A stretch of 64,000 bases of DNA, taken from the NCBI RefSeq assembly GCF_004010195.1, contig NC_057744.1, positions 28,830,365 through 28,894,364 on the forward strand, given 5' to 3'. Under the pieces are notes generated by a model. That model did no database searches. It worked only from the letters and a program-made list of their open reading frames with translations, and was not told where the DNA came from. The number at the start of each line of letters is the position of its first letter. Position 1 is the stretch's first letter. This DNA comes from Chiloscyllium plagiosum. Lineage: Eukaryota. A program made the translations under genes and the position numbers. Below, in pieces: positions 49,661 through 61,539 of this stretch.

Positions 49661-50559
49661 CTATCAAAAGCCTTAAAATGGTCAGTATTGAAATTTACAA
49701 CAGACCTAGCATCAATATTTTGGAGGTAACTCAGATTTCTACAACTCTTCACTTTGTGAAGACATATTTCCTGAGAACCAGCTCCAAAGGAGCCTTGTTC
49801 TGGAACTCCAAATCATCTGGGGAATTAGTTCATCTTTATGAGCTCAATCAAATCAATTAAGCATCTTAAATAAATTAATTAGATTAATGTTTAATCTGGT
49901 TTGCTTTTGGGAATACTAGTCTTGTCTATGCAGCCTGACTTCATAATTAATCCTTTCAGCTCCAGTTATACCCTGGTAAGTCTGTGCTACACCCTTTCCT
50001 AAGCTAACATATCCTTCTTGAGACACACTGGCCAGAATTGAACACAGCACTCCAGATGGGATTGCACAAAGGCATTTTACAACTATGCTGTGTGAGTCCT
50101 ACATATTTCTTTTTGATTTCATTCAAACAGAAGCTGCAATATACAGCAATCAATCCTTACACACTCTTCAAACAACATATAACAGAAAGATGAGGAATGC
50201 AGAGTGGGGACTCTCAAACTCCAGACGATACCTAACTAGGTTAGTGCAAGCCAAGATAATGTTGAAAGAGTGAGGTCAACAGTTTGGTTTGGCAAACTCT
50301 AGCACTGAGTGTTCTCGCCAAAGAGCACATTAAGTCATCAGAGCAGATTCCTTAAACGTGATTCTATTCCAACTTTCTCCCCTTGCCTTCAGATGGTTGC
50401 TGTGGTATGGATTCATGAGTCCCAGCAGCCTCTGGAATCTGTATTGTTGGCTAGTCCTCAAGTGTCGGCCTCCAAAATGAATGCTAGGCTATTCAACAGT
50501 GGCTGTGGTTAAGTACAATCGATCCTTGCCCAGACCCCATAATGTATAGGTTCCAAAAT

Positions 50560-51440
50560 GTAACACTAGAATTTAATCAAGGACATAAATGAGAAATAGG
50601 CAAACCAAGCATTGAGAAGTTATGCTAAACCTGTATAGAATCTTGGTTAGATAACACTTAAAGCACTGCATTCAGTTCTGATTGTCAGATTGTAAAAGGC
50701 TGATCTTGCTAACACCCAGAAGCAAGCATAATAGCAACAAAATCTTGCAACTATATCCAAATAAAACTTATTAAACACTTAAAAATGAAAAAACAAAATG
50801 AGATTGTATCAGTGAAGAAAAGGGGTTAGATGAAGTAGAATTGCTTTTAATTTTTAAAAATTGGCTTATATTGCACAGTTTTAAAAAGAAGACAAACAGG
50901 TGCAATTGTAACTTATTATGGGATAATTGGTGAGAGCAATTATAAATTGAATATAGAGGCACGGGGGAGGGTACAGAGAGGAATTACAAGAATTATCCAC
51001 ACCCAGGCATTTTTAACATAATCAGGAAAAGATGATCAGGCTGGATTGCTCTTCTCTTCAGAAAAGGTTGAGGGTTGAATAAATGGGGTCCTTTAAAATT
51101 ATGAATGGTTTTGAAATTTTGGACATGGAGAGAAAGTTTCTCCTGTGGAGAAAAGTGAAATCAGAGGCCATCAATATGAGATAGTCGTCAAGAAATTCAA
51201 CAGGGAGTTGAAAGGAAACTACACAAAGAGTGGCATGAAAATATAGAAATTGCTAAGGCAGGGAGAGGTTGAGGTAAGTAATGTAGATACAATTTAGAGG
51301 AAACCAGACATGGATTTCAGGAAGTAAGGATAGAGGGTTACAATAAGATATTTAGCCAAGAGAAGATGGAAGGAGATTTGAGAGCAGTAAACTTCTGGCA
51401 GGAGCTGATTGAACTGAATGACTCGTTTCAGTGCTTAAAG
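50560..51440 (+). mobile_element. Old CR1 3' fragment with interruption
   Basis: VMLNLYRILVR.HLKHCIQF and later ...RGHQYEIV motifs. Confidence 0.6.
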
Positions 51441-51949
51441 TTTTTGGAAGAACAAAGGGCTGAATCTCATGACTTTTAGGCTATCACTATCAACAAGTTC
51501 CATGGAGACTTTCTCTCCATGAGGCAGTTGAGATTTCTCATTGTAATTAACCAAACCTACCTCATTAACTACCCATCCCAATAGTGCGCTCTCGCCCCAT
51601 TCTAACGTTCCCAAAACAACCCGGTACCCGCAGGATATCTTACAAAAGACTGGCATCCCTGACCCTCTGCAACATCTGTGAAAGGGTGAATAAGTGCTGG
51701 CCCTCACTGGTATTGTAATAGTACAACAACTGCAGAGCCCTACATTGCTCACCACACATAAACAGCATGGTTGTCACTCCCTCACACATACAATCCCCCA
51801 TTCTCTCATCCTCAATACCATTTGACCACTTGACAGCATGGATTATCTATCCTTAGCTACATCCCATCTAACCACCCTCTTGAAAGTCACCAGTGCTCTT
51901 GTCTTCATGTCTGCATCTTGTCATTGAACAGTAAAGCAACACCATGTAC

Positions 51950-53050
51950 AGGCAAATTATTGGACAAATGCAAACATGAGCTTTTATTTACAGTCAGCAA
52001 AAGTGAACACAAACAAAATGAATAGAAGCTGCATTTCACCTCACAATGCAAGCAAAATACAGGCATGAAGACCATGACTATTGTATAATCTCTGATTGTC
52101 TGCTGCATCCAGCTCCCATTGGCTGGAACCAGGTGTTGGCCAGCTCCTTTGTCATGCCCGATGCAGCCAAGCTCTGTCAAGCACATGGAGAACTTCCTCT
52201 CCCTCCTTGGAATGCCGCTCTCATTTCTCCAGTTCCTCAGTATCTATCACACCTCTGTTTTACTTGCTCCAATTGTGCACAACACATCATAGGGTGACAC
52301 ACTTTGTCTGGACTATACTCATGTGCTCCCCCACAGACTGGTCCAAGCTATGGATCAGCATCTTCAGCAGTCCCATTGCCTGCTCCACCATAGCCCTGGT
52401 CAATGCATGGGCAGCATTTGTACCTGTGCTCCACATCAATCAGGGACTTTGCAATGGTCTCAACAGCCATGGTCATAGTCAGTGGACCCTTTCCCTCAGT
52501 ATCCAGCCTTGTAAGGCACTGGACCCTCAAACGTACCAAGTTGATGGAAGTGTAGAGTTTAGGAGTCGAGGCAGCTGCCAGGTTAGTGGGCGCATACCTG
52601 CAGGAAGTGTTAACCTCTTCCTGTTCATGATTCCATGGCATTCTGACAGTGCTCCCTCAATGCCAAGTGTGTTCAGCCGATGGTTCCTGCATCAGGAGAA
52701 ACCCAGATATGTTCTTGAATCCTACTGCCTGGGCTACAGCACTGATTACATCATTGGAGATCAAAATGAACCAATGTGATCGTGTACAGATAGCAATAAT
52801 CTCAATCCTAATACATTTGTGGATGCACGACTGAGAGATCTGACACAGGTCACCTGTTGCTCCCTGGAAGGAGCCAGTCATATTGAAGCTCATAGCGACT
52901 GTCACCTTCACAATCACTAGGAGGGGACGGTCTTCCGCTCCCGCACTCTCAGGACCCACTCTAGCAGCCAGCACAGTTCCATCACATCATTGACACACAA
53001 CCTGTTTTGATATTGTGCCTCAATCATCTGCAGGAAATGGAGTCAGGGAT
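51950..53050 (-). pseudogene. PIF/Harbinger (HARBI1-like) transposase remnant
   Basis: VKVTVAMSFNMTGSFQGATGDLCQISQSCIHKCI..GFKNISGF and LDTEGKGPLTMTM..EHRY motifs typical of Harbinger DDE transposases. Frameshifted. Minus-strand AATAAA near 51985. Confidence 0.8.
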
Positions 53051-54249
53051 GAAAAATTCTGCTCCTCCTGTTTTGATGCATCCCGAGGGACCAAGTAGTT
53101 GTGATGTGTGCCCTTAGGTATGTGCACTTTCAGCTTGCCATCATTTGTCCTGGTCATCCTGCAACTACATTTGCCTTCATAGAAAGGCACCACAATAACC
53201 AACTTGCCACCAATGGCTGGGCACAAGTCAGAACAGTCACTGGCTGCATGCGGAGCAGGTAAGGGCCACATATACTCTCCCACCTAGTAAAACATGTAAT
53301 GCTCATGTCTCCATCATTCAATCAGTTTTAGCATCAGCACATGCATCACTTGGCCAACTGAATTGAGCTTCAAAAGAATATCCCAGAACTGTCTCCCATT
53401 TGTAATCGATCTATATTTCTGACCATCTGTATCCTGACTAAATAGAAGCATCAGGAATTCTGAATTGTGCAGAAGTCTTCAGACTTCTTGACAGACAGTC
53501 TACCTCATACAATGCTAACAGATTGCACAGAAAAATTCTCTCTTCATTGAAAACATAAGGTTTTCACTGTGACATTTGTGCATGAAAACATGTTTTTCAA
53601 GTTACTGAGAGCTTTAACAGTTGAAAACCAAGTGGGATTTCTTGTTTGCTTTGTTGTAAGAAACACTGAGATAAGAAGACCAAATAGGCACTTTCCACTA
53701 ACTCAGGTTAGTTAATTGTTGAATGTCTGTTCATCAGCCAGACTAGATCCAAACTCTTCATTTACCTGTATTTATATTTTGCCAGGGGGAGTTGGACATT
53801 CCGATGACAGGACCAGTGCCTTTCAGTTATTGACAACCAATTACATTGATTTTGAGTGTGGGCCAAGTTTCATTGGAGATCCATAGTACCTTCAGCTTTC
53901 TACATGCCTCCAAGTGGCTAGTAATGCATGCCAGGAGGCATGCCCTGGTATCTCACTTCAACTGATGAGTTAAACTCAATGAGGGGACCATCAACTTTTT
54001 TCTCGCATAGAGAGGAGACATTCCACCACCATCCTCCCGCCTCATGTAAGTTCATGATGTCAGGAAAGATGATGAAGCAACAGATCATAGCAAGAGGACA
54101 CAGCAAATGTGTGACACAATCAGGACACTCTCCTGATCAAAAAGTTTTGTGGACCTTTACAGAGTAATATCCTATAGTGAACAATGAAACATGATGCTAC
54201 TGCCTACAGTCATTGTCAGCAGCAATCACACACTAATGAGTATGATTGT

Positions 54250-54990
54250 ATACCTACCAAATTCTGTTTCATTAGTCTTGGGTCCTGTGGCCCTCGTGTG
54301 GCTGATGAACCCAAGCCTAGACCCATATCTCTGACCACACAGTTGACAGGTGTTTCTGGGAGGTGGAATTGGTCCTTAGCCTTGAGATTGCTGACAATCT
54401 TTTCTCCTGTTCCTTTTCTTTTTGCTAGCTGGTGTTCTCAAAGAATTGCATCCCTTCATATAGGAGCTTCCTCCAAATTAGTTTCTGAATGAGGGCCTTG
54501 CATGAGTTACATTTCTTGAGGGAAGCCATCAGGGGTCTTTGTAAAGCCTCTTTTGTCCTCCTTCAATTTGAGAAGAGAGCCTTCCTTGAGTTGAGTGAAA
54601 AAATTTGCGTTGACACTCAAAACTCAGGCATCCTGAGCATGTGGCTCTCGTGTGGAGATTGTTTGGATAATCGTGGCCTTGGTACTGATGTTACTATTCA
54701 CACCTTCTCAGCTAATGTGGAGAATCCATCTCAAAAAGCATTGATGGTACTTCTCAAGAGCCTTAACGTGAACTCTATAAGTAGTCCATGTGTTGGACAC
54801 TTACATATGAGTTGATATCAGGGATGTCATGGTCATAGACGATACTCATCCTTACTTGAACAAAGGCAACGCTCACAGACTGAATGCAGGTGTTGGATCT
54901 CTGCATTAAAGGCAGCCTTAAATGCATGGTGGCTTGCCAGGTTGGGGAATTATTCCATATTCAGGATTTTTATGTTAATCTTAATGGAGG
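54250..54990 (-). mobile_element. Probable RTE-clade LINE 3' fragment
   Basis: Decayed FPNLASH (FxYLGS-like) and downstream RTE-like coding and 3' sequence. Confidence 0.4.
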
Positions 54991-55149
54991 GATGGAACTG
55001 GGTTGATAAAGGACTTGAATCTTCTTGAGGTTAAGGTTGGGAACGATCCTTAGAGGCTACTGATGTAACATTGTATTTAACTTTTAGCTAAAAGATAATT
55101 GTAAGATTTTAGATTAAATTGAAAAATTCTAATACTTGTTTCCTTCTAT

Positions 55150-56250
55150 GATTCGAGACCATTCTGATTTTCAAATAATCTTAATGGCAAGAATTGCAAT
55201 GGGTTTTCCTCCTGAAGTGGAACAAATGGTGAAGGTTCTCAGAGCAAAAGTCAAAGGGAGTACATATGGCAGTAAAGGAAGAATAGAGATTAACATAATT
55301 GTGAAGGGTTAGTGTGAAGGGTAAGTGTGAAGAGATTAACATAATTGTGAAGGGTAACTGCTGAAAAAGCCAAGAAGACACAAATAAAACACAGCTGCTG
55401 GAGGATCATGACCAATATGGAGAATAGAGGTCACGGTCTAAAGTTATTGAATCCTAGGAGGCTACCAAATGCCTAAACTGAAAATAAGGTTTTTTTTTCA
55501 TTAGCTAATGTTGGGATTTGTTAGAACATTGTAGCAGGTCCAGGATGGAAATGTCAATGTGGGACCAAGCAACTAGAAGGTTGGAGTCAGTCCTATGGAC
55601 AGAGTGGAGGTGTGCTGCAAAACGGTCAGTCTTTTCTCATTATTCAATCACAGAATAAGTGTATCACTGGCATTTATTGCTCAGCTCTAATTGCCCAGAG
55701 GGCAGTTAAAGGTCAACCACATTATGGCAGTTTCATTTCCTGAAGGTTATTAGTGATACAGATGGGTTTTTCCAGCAATCAGGTTTAGACTCTTAATCCC
55801 AGTCAAAGTTCAACTGTCCGCCCTGGTGGGATTAGAACCAGAGGCCGTAGAACATTACCTGGGTCTCTGGATTAACAGCCCAGTGGTGATAGCCCATGGC
55901 TGCCACCTCCCCTCTGCATTTAGTCTTCTAATGTAAAGGAGTCCTCAGTATGAGCAGCAAATACATTGACTTGTAGTTCTTTCAAACTAGTTCAAAGACT
56001 ACTTCATCTGGAAGGTGTGCCTGAGGCCTTGGGTAGTGAGGTGGATGGAGGTGAAAGGGTGAGCATAACACCTCTGCATATGTTCCATGGGGGTTGGGTG
56101 GATGAGAAAGTGTTAGAACTGATGGAGGGATGGTACCACGGAGGGAATAATCCTTGGGGAATGCTTACACTGGACAGGAGGGAAGATATACAAGACATTG
56201 TTTAGGCCACTTTTGGAATGCTGTGTTTAATTCCAGTCTCCCTGTTATAG
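55150..56250 (-). mobile_element. Old Penelope-like GIY-YIG remnant
   Basis: Minus strand QGLRHTFQMK...CICCSY*GLLYI and DRFAAHLHSVHR, parallel to the 5150-6400 remnant. Confidence 0.6.
55640..55912 (-). mobile_element. tRNA-headed SINE (second family)
   Basis: gcatttattgctcagctctaattgcccagagggcagttaaaggtcaaccac...ggattagaacc...gccacctcccc. Confidence 0.7.
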
Positions 56251-56265
56251 AAAATATGTTGCTTT

Positions 56266-56570
56266 GGGCGGCACAGTGGTTAGCACTGCTGCCTCACAGC
56301 GCCAGAGACCCGGGTTCAATTCCCGCCCCAGGCAACTGACTGTGTGGAGTTTGCACGTTCTCCCCGTGTCTGCGTGGGTTTCCTCCGGGTGCTCCGGTTT
56401 CCTCCCACAGTCCAAAGATGTGCAGGTCAGGTGAATTGGCTATGCTAAATTGCCCATAGTGTTAGGTAAGGGGTAAATGTAGGGGTATGGGTGGGTTATG
56501 CTTCGGCGGGTCGGTGTGGACTTGTTGGGCCGAAGGGCCTGTTTCCACACTGTAATGTAATCTAATCTAA
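56266..56570 (+). mobile_element. HE1 SINE (young)
   Basis: Near-consensus, CpG-retaining copy with (TAATC) tail. Confidence 0.93.
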
Positions 56571-56571
56571 A

Positions 56572-57208
56572 CTTGAAAGGCTTCAGAAAAGATTTACAAG
56601 GATGTTGGCAGGGTTGGAGGGTTTGAGCTACGGGAGATGAACAGGATAGGGCTATTTCCCTGCAGCATTGGAGGCTGAGGGGTGTCCTTTGGGAGGTTGA
56701 TAGGGTCATGGACAGATGAATAGGCAAAGTCTTCTTCCCAGAGTAGGGGGATCCAAAACTAGAGGGCATAGGTTTAAAGTGAGAAGAGAAAGATGGAAAA
56801 GGGACACATGGAGCAATATTTTCACGCAGATGGTGGTGTGTGTATGGAATGAGCTGCCAGAGGAAGTGGTGGAGGCTGGTGCAATTACAACATTTAAAAG
56901 ACATCTAATCAATGTGTAACAAGTGCAGCTGTGAGTTCTTTTGTAGAGTAGTATAGTAGATGGTTTATGGTTTATTGTTGTTTGTTATATTTTCATACTT
57001 TTGTAATATTATAGTTTTGTAAAGAAAACTTTTTTCAATAAAAATATTTTAAAAAAGGCATCAGGATGTGTACATGAATTGGAAGGGTTTAGAGGGATAT
57101 GGGCCAAATGCTGGAAAATGACACTAGATCCATTTACAATATGTGATTGGTATACTGAAAAGTTGGACCGAAGGGTCTATTTTCATGCTGTACATCTCTA
57201 TGACTCTG
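56572..57208 (+). mobile_element. HER1/CR1 3' end
   Basis: LERLQKRFTRML...KTRGHRFKVR...WNELPEEVVEAG plus tail ctctatgactct. Confidence 0.88.
56906..57052 (+). mobile_element. A-tailed 3' fragment (L1/Tx1-like) inserted in CR1
   Basis: AATAAA and A-rich end; TSD AAAAG(A/G)CATC at 56896-56905 and 57053-57062 at a TT/AAAA site. Confidence 0.6.
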
Positions 57209-57270
57209 GTAGTGATAGCGTCCTGCTGGAGGTACAGTGAACCCCAAATAATTAATACTGGTAATATTTA

Positions 57271-57573
57271 AGATTAGATTAGATTCCCTACAGGGTGGAA
57301 ACAGGCCCTTGGCCTAACCAGTCCACACCAACCCTCCGAAGAGTAACCCACCCAGACCCATTTCCCTCTGAATGATGCACCTAAAACTATGGGCAATTTA
57401 GCATGGCCAATTCACCTGACCTGCACATCTTTAGATTGTGGGAGGAAACCATAGCACCCGGAGGAAACCCAGGCAGACACGGAGAATGTGCAAACTCCAC
57501 ACAGACAGTTGCCTGAGGCTGGAATCAAACCTGAGACCCTGGTGCTGTGAGGAAGCAGTACTAACCACTGAGA
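57271..57573 (-). mobile_element. HE1 SINE
   Basis: Reverse HE1 with (GATTA)n tail. Confidence 0.9.
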
Positions 57574-60500
57574 CTTTGCAAAAGGGTTTGGAGAAACACA
57601 CCACTACTTGTTTTTTTTTTAAAATAGGGGAAAAAGAATGGAGAAAAATCCAGTCACAGACAGGACGGTGGCAAAAATATCTCAATTTACCAAATTTCCT
57701 ATCTATCTCGGACAGAAATCTGGGATAGAAGTAGTCAAAAATCTGAGCAGAGGCCAAATGTTAAAACAAGCTTGAATTGGATACTGGGAGGAAACTGACT
57801 AGAAGCAAGAATCATTTTAGTCAAATAAACATCTACAACAATTTTTCATAATCTTAACACTCAAAGAAAATAAATGGCTAACCACTGAGAACCCAGCCTC
57901 TCTGACCAGTTGGAAGTTATAACTAGGAAAGTACAGGGAGTAGTGCCGAGTGAGGCTGAAGGACCAGAGTTGTTCTAAATAATTCAATTCTGGAATGGAT
58001 AAGAGAACCATAACCTCTAATTGATTGGGGTGCTCTGCCCAGAATAATAACCCTGGCTGCGGAAGGGATTGAAGACAGTTTCAGCAAAGACTAAGGGTTT
58101 CAAGAGAAGGGAGGTTCTGGAGATGACATTAAAAACTTAAGAGGAGTTCAAAAACTAATAGAAATGACAGAGGGAATTAGCGATGTTTACTTTGATTTAT
58201 TGTTGTCACGTGTACAACAATAAGTAGTGAAAAATTTGGTTTTGAGTAGTACACGCATTTCATCGCAAACAAGGACATACAGATCATAGGGTGCTTAGAA
58301 GAGCGAGACATACAAAAAAACTTGCTTGTTAAAGTTCCAGTCATTTTGCCCTAAAAACCCAGAGCAGTGAAGGATGACTATAAAAGTCAGGACCAAGCTA
58401 GAAATATTCCATTCAGCTACCCAAAGCAGAAGTCGTCTTGATCCTCCTAAATGAAATGCTGGTGTCAAAAAACATCAAAGAATGGACCCTTAGAGAGAGT
58501 TTAGAGAAACTGGACAAACTGAACTAATTCAGCCAAGTTCTGCAGATGTCTGGAGCAAAGCAACCCTTCAGGGTTGGCTGGCTCAGCCAAAGTCACATGG
58601 TTTTACAAAACCTGAGTTTTGGCCAGTAAAGCGTAAAGAGGTCAGAAAAGTGAAGTGACGGATGGAGAAACCTTTACTAAATTAAACAGAAGACTGATAG
58701 TAAGGGAGCTGCCTCACACAAAATGTTACATGACAGTGGTGGCCACTATTTAGCCTATGTACACCAGGGTATCCCACTAGAGATACGGGAGAACAGGAAA
58801 CAGTGCATCCCCCAATAGCAAAATTATGGAAATCCTTACCATAGAAAAATCACCTACAGGCATTCAAAAAAAAAACAAACAGTTCAGATGCTACAATAAA
58901 CTTTCAGGTAGCCAAAACTAGTGTGCAGTGCTTAGTTGAGGAACCAAGAAGAAAGATGGCTAGTTTTCAAGTAGACACGGTTGAATGAGATTCACCCAAA
59001 ATGTAGCAAGTTGAATTCTAATCCTCAGGATTAAATAGAGACACAAAGTTCCCAGGCTTTGCCGGCAAATATGAAAAGGGAGCCTACACCTCTGTTGGAC
59101 AGGTGAGAGGATTGGCTACTTTAAACCTTTTTACACTGCGTGATGTGATTTACAGGTATAATTTTTTGAAGTGTTATTTGTTGAGAGTTTGGGTTTTCTG
59201 GTTGAAGAATTAGCAAGCGATGTTTTCTATGTGTTAGAAGTTAATTATTAATTTTTATTTTTGTAGCTATGGTGACTTTTGAAAATTATATTTTGAAGCC
59301 TGGCTTTCGAGTGAGTCAGGTTTATGGCATAATTATGGACTTTCAAAAAAAAAAATTTGATTGTTCTGTAACCCAGCAAATTAAATACTGGGGACTCAAG
59401 ATTTGTTAAGTGTATTCTAGAATTTCTTTCTTCAGAAAAAGAAAAAACCCATAGTTCGGCCTTTTCATTTGACTTTGAGTGGAGTCTTTGGAATAGGATG
59501 GCTTCATAAAAACAAAGCTCCTGAGAAGCAAAGGATATATGGGGAAACTCTGTTTTACTGGGTGAAGGTATTATTGGTTCCAGATCAAAAGGGATGGATT
59601 TTTTTTAAACCCATTGAGGTATGTTATGAAACCCCCAGTGGAGCCTGTGGGACTTAGAACTGGGTGTCCTGGTCCAGAGGTAGGGGCAGTATTACTGTAC
59701 AAGGCCCCTTTAGAATTGTTGGCATAAAACTCTGAAGAGATTACACAAAACTATATAATTAAGCATGCATGTTACTCAAGAAACTATCTGCAATTCTAGC
59801 CGAAAGGTTGAAGTCACAGTAGACTTAACACTAGTGACCATGTATCTAACACTTCAGTAGGTTTAAGTATTATCTGAGTGATATAGTATGAAATTGTTTT
59901 ACTTCAATTTATAAAAAAAGTGTTTTTGGGATTAATGAAATTACAATTTTACTGTGTTCAGAAATCTTTGATCCTTTAATAAAGTAGCTTGGATTATTCT
60001 ATTTCTTTTGTAATAAGCTTCTGTTTTATTGTGTGAGCAAAACCTGCAACACTGTGTGCTTTTGTTTCAGTGAGAGATCAAAACAACTTGAAAATACCAG
60101 AAACAAGCCAAGTTCATGCAATAGGATTGGACTGGTCTGGTAATAACTGCTACTTTGACCATAGCAATATTTAGTAGGTGGCCACAGAAGTTTCTAAATA
60201 GTTCTACAATTAGTGAAAAAGCCACCATAACCACATTTTAAAAGTAAGAACGCCTGCACCCCTACTGTATGAACAGGAGGTGTAGCTAAACAAAACATTT
60301 TAAAAAGTAGAGGAAAATCCCTGAATTGATAGAGTTGGTAAATCTGACATACCCAGATTTAAAGGAAACATTCACTCTTGGCAAACCAATCTTTCAGAAT
60401 TGGGAGACAGATCTAGAAGGTTCCCAAATAGACCTGACAGGTACTCAACTACCCCCAAAGCTGCTTAGAAAGGTGCCTTACCCAACTGAGAAGCCATAAA

Positions 60501-60939
60501 AAAAAAGCAGCAAAACTAGCCCAATATGGGTCTCCAGAGATAAAGGACTGAACAGGGTCGCACAAAGGTTCCAACTTAGGTAGAAGTCTTAATCAAAGGC
60601 TGAACTTCCGTTGGATTAACAGGGAGCCTGGCTGATCAACACACTGTCTCCAACCTAGGAAGAACAATGAAGATCCCCAAAAAATTCAGACGGTGATCGA
60701 GATGCCTCATTTAGTTGATTAGTTTGTTGCAGGAATGAGACAGCGACCTTAGAGCACTAGAGTCCAAAATGAAATCAGACATGTGTAAACCAACCCTTCA
60801 AAGTTAGTAAGTTAGGAAAAGTCAGTAATCCTCGAAGCTCCAGCACATTTGTAACCACCATAAAGGTACAGCTAAAACCAAGTTAAACTCAGAGTCCAGT
60901 AAAACAGTGGGAATCTACCAGAGGGTAGACATGTGAAGA

Positions 60940-61260
60940 GTAGCCAGAGAAGGAGGTGTTCACGTGAGGTCAAACAGGCATTCTCCCCAGCAGAAACCCA
61001 AACTGCCACAGTCGGCACTTTTATTTAGATGCCTGATTAGCACCCCATCCCACGAGCCATAGGAGAAAGTGGCCACTCTTTAAATTTCCTAAACAATGAA
61101 CTCAAAAGAGGCATCCACGGGAGTATATGCCAATAGTAGACCTTAACATGGACAAGGGAGATGGCCCACAATTAAATCAACCAACAGGTTAGTTCTGAGG
61201 AAGAGTCACTGAACTCAAAACATTAACTGCTTCCTCTCCACAGATACTGCCAGACTAATT
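60940..61260 (+). mobile_element. Family-B PLE 3' end with the same non-coding body as 44010-44500
   Basis: gaggtcaaacaggca..cagaaaccc..actgccacag..catggacaagggaga..aaatcaaccaaca, then AGTT-CTGAGGA-A-GAGT-CACTGA-ACTC-AAAAC-ATT-AACT. Confidence 0.7.
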
Positions 61261-61360
61261 TAGATTTGTCCAGCAGTTTGTGTGTGGATCCTCAGCACTG
61301 AAGAACCTGATGCCATGCTCCTGTGTTCAAGATGATGTTGTAGTGTACACTGCTGAAGTT

Positions 61361-61539
61361 CAGAAGATAGCGAGGATTGCAGATGCTGGAGAGTCAGAGT
61401 CAATAAAATGTGGTACTCAAAAAAGTACAGCTGGTCAGGCAGCATCCAAAGAGCTGGAGAGTTGACATTTCAGGAGGACCCTTCATCAGGACTGCCAAAA
61501 ATGTTGACTCTCTTGCTCCCCAGATGGTTGTGCTTTTTT
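61361..61539. mobile_element. Penelope-derived inverted insertion (family A-like, older)
   Basis: TSD CACTG(C/T)TGAAGTT (61348-61360, 61540-61552). Minus AGTC-CTGATGA-AGGGTCCTCCT-GAAAT-GTC. Confidence 0.75.

Noticed and set aside
52096-52779. 227-aa + strand ORF
   Set aside because: Antisense shadow of the Harbinger transposase remnant.
52348-52974. Domesticated HARBI1 gene
   Set aside because: Frameshifts and loss of catalytic-motif residues indicate a dead transposon copy.
55285-55355. Short direct repeat AGAGATTAACATAATTGTGAAGGGT x2
   Set aside because: Ordinary slippage duplication within an old PLE UTR.
60200-60940. L1/Tx1 endonuclease remnant on minus strand
   Set aside because: Only vague motif resemblance; not supportable without a search.
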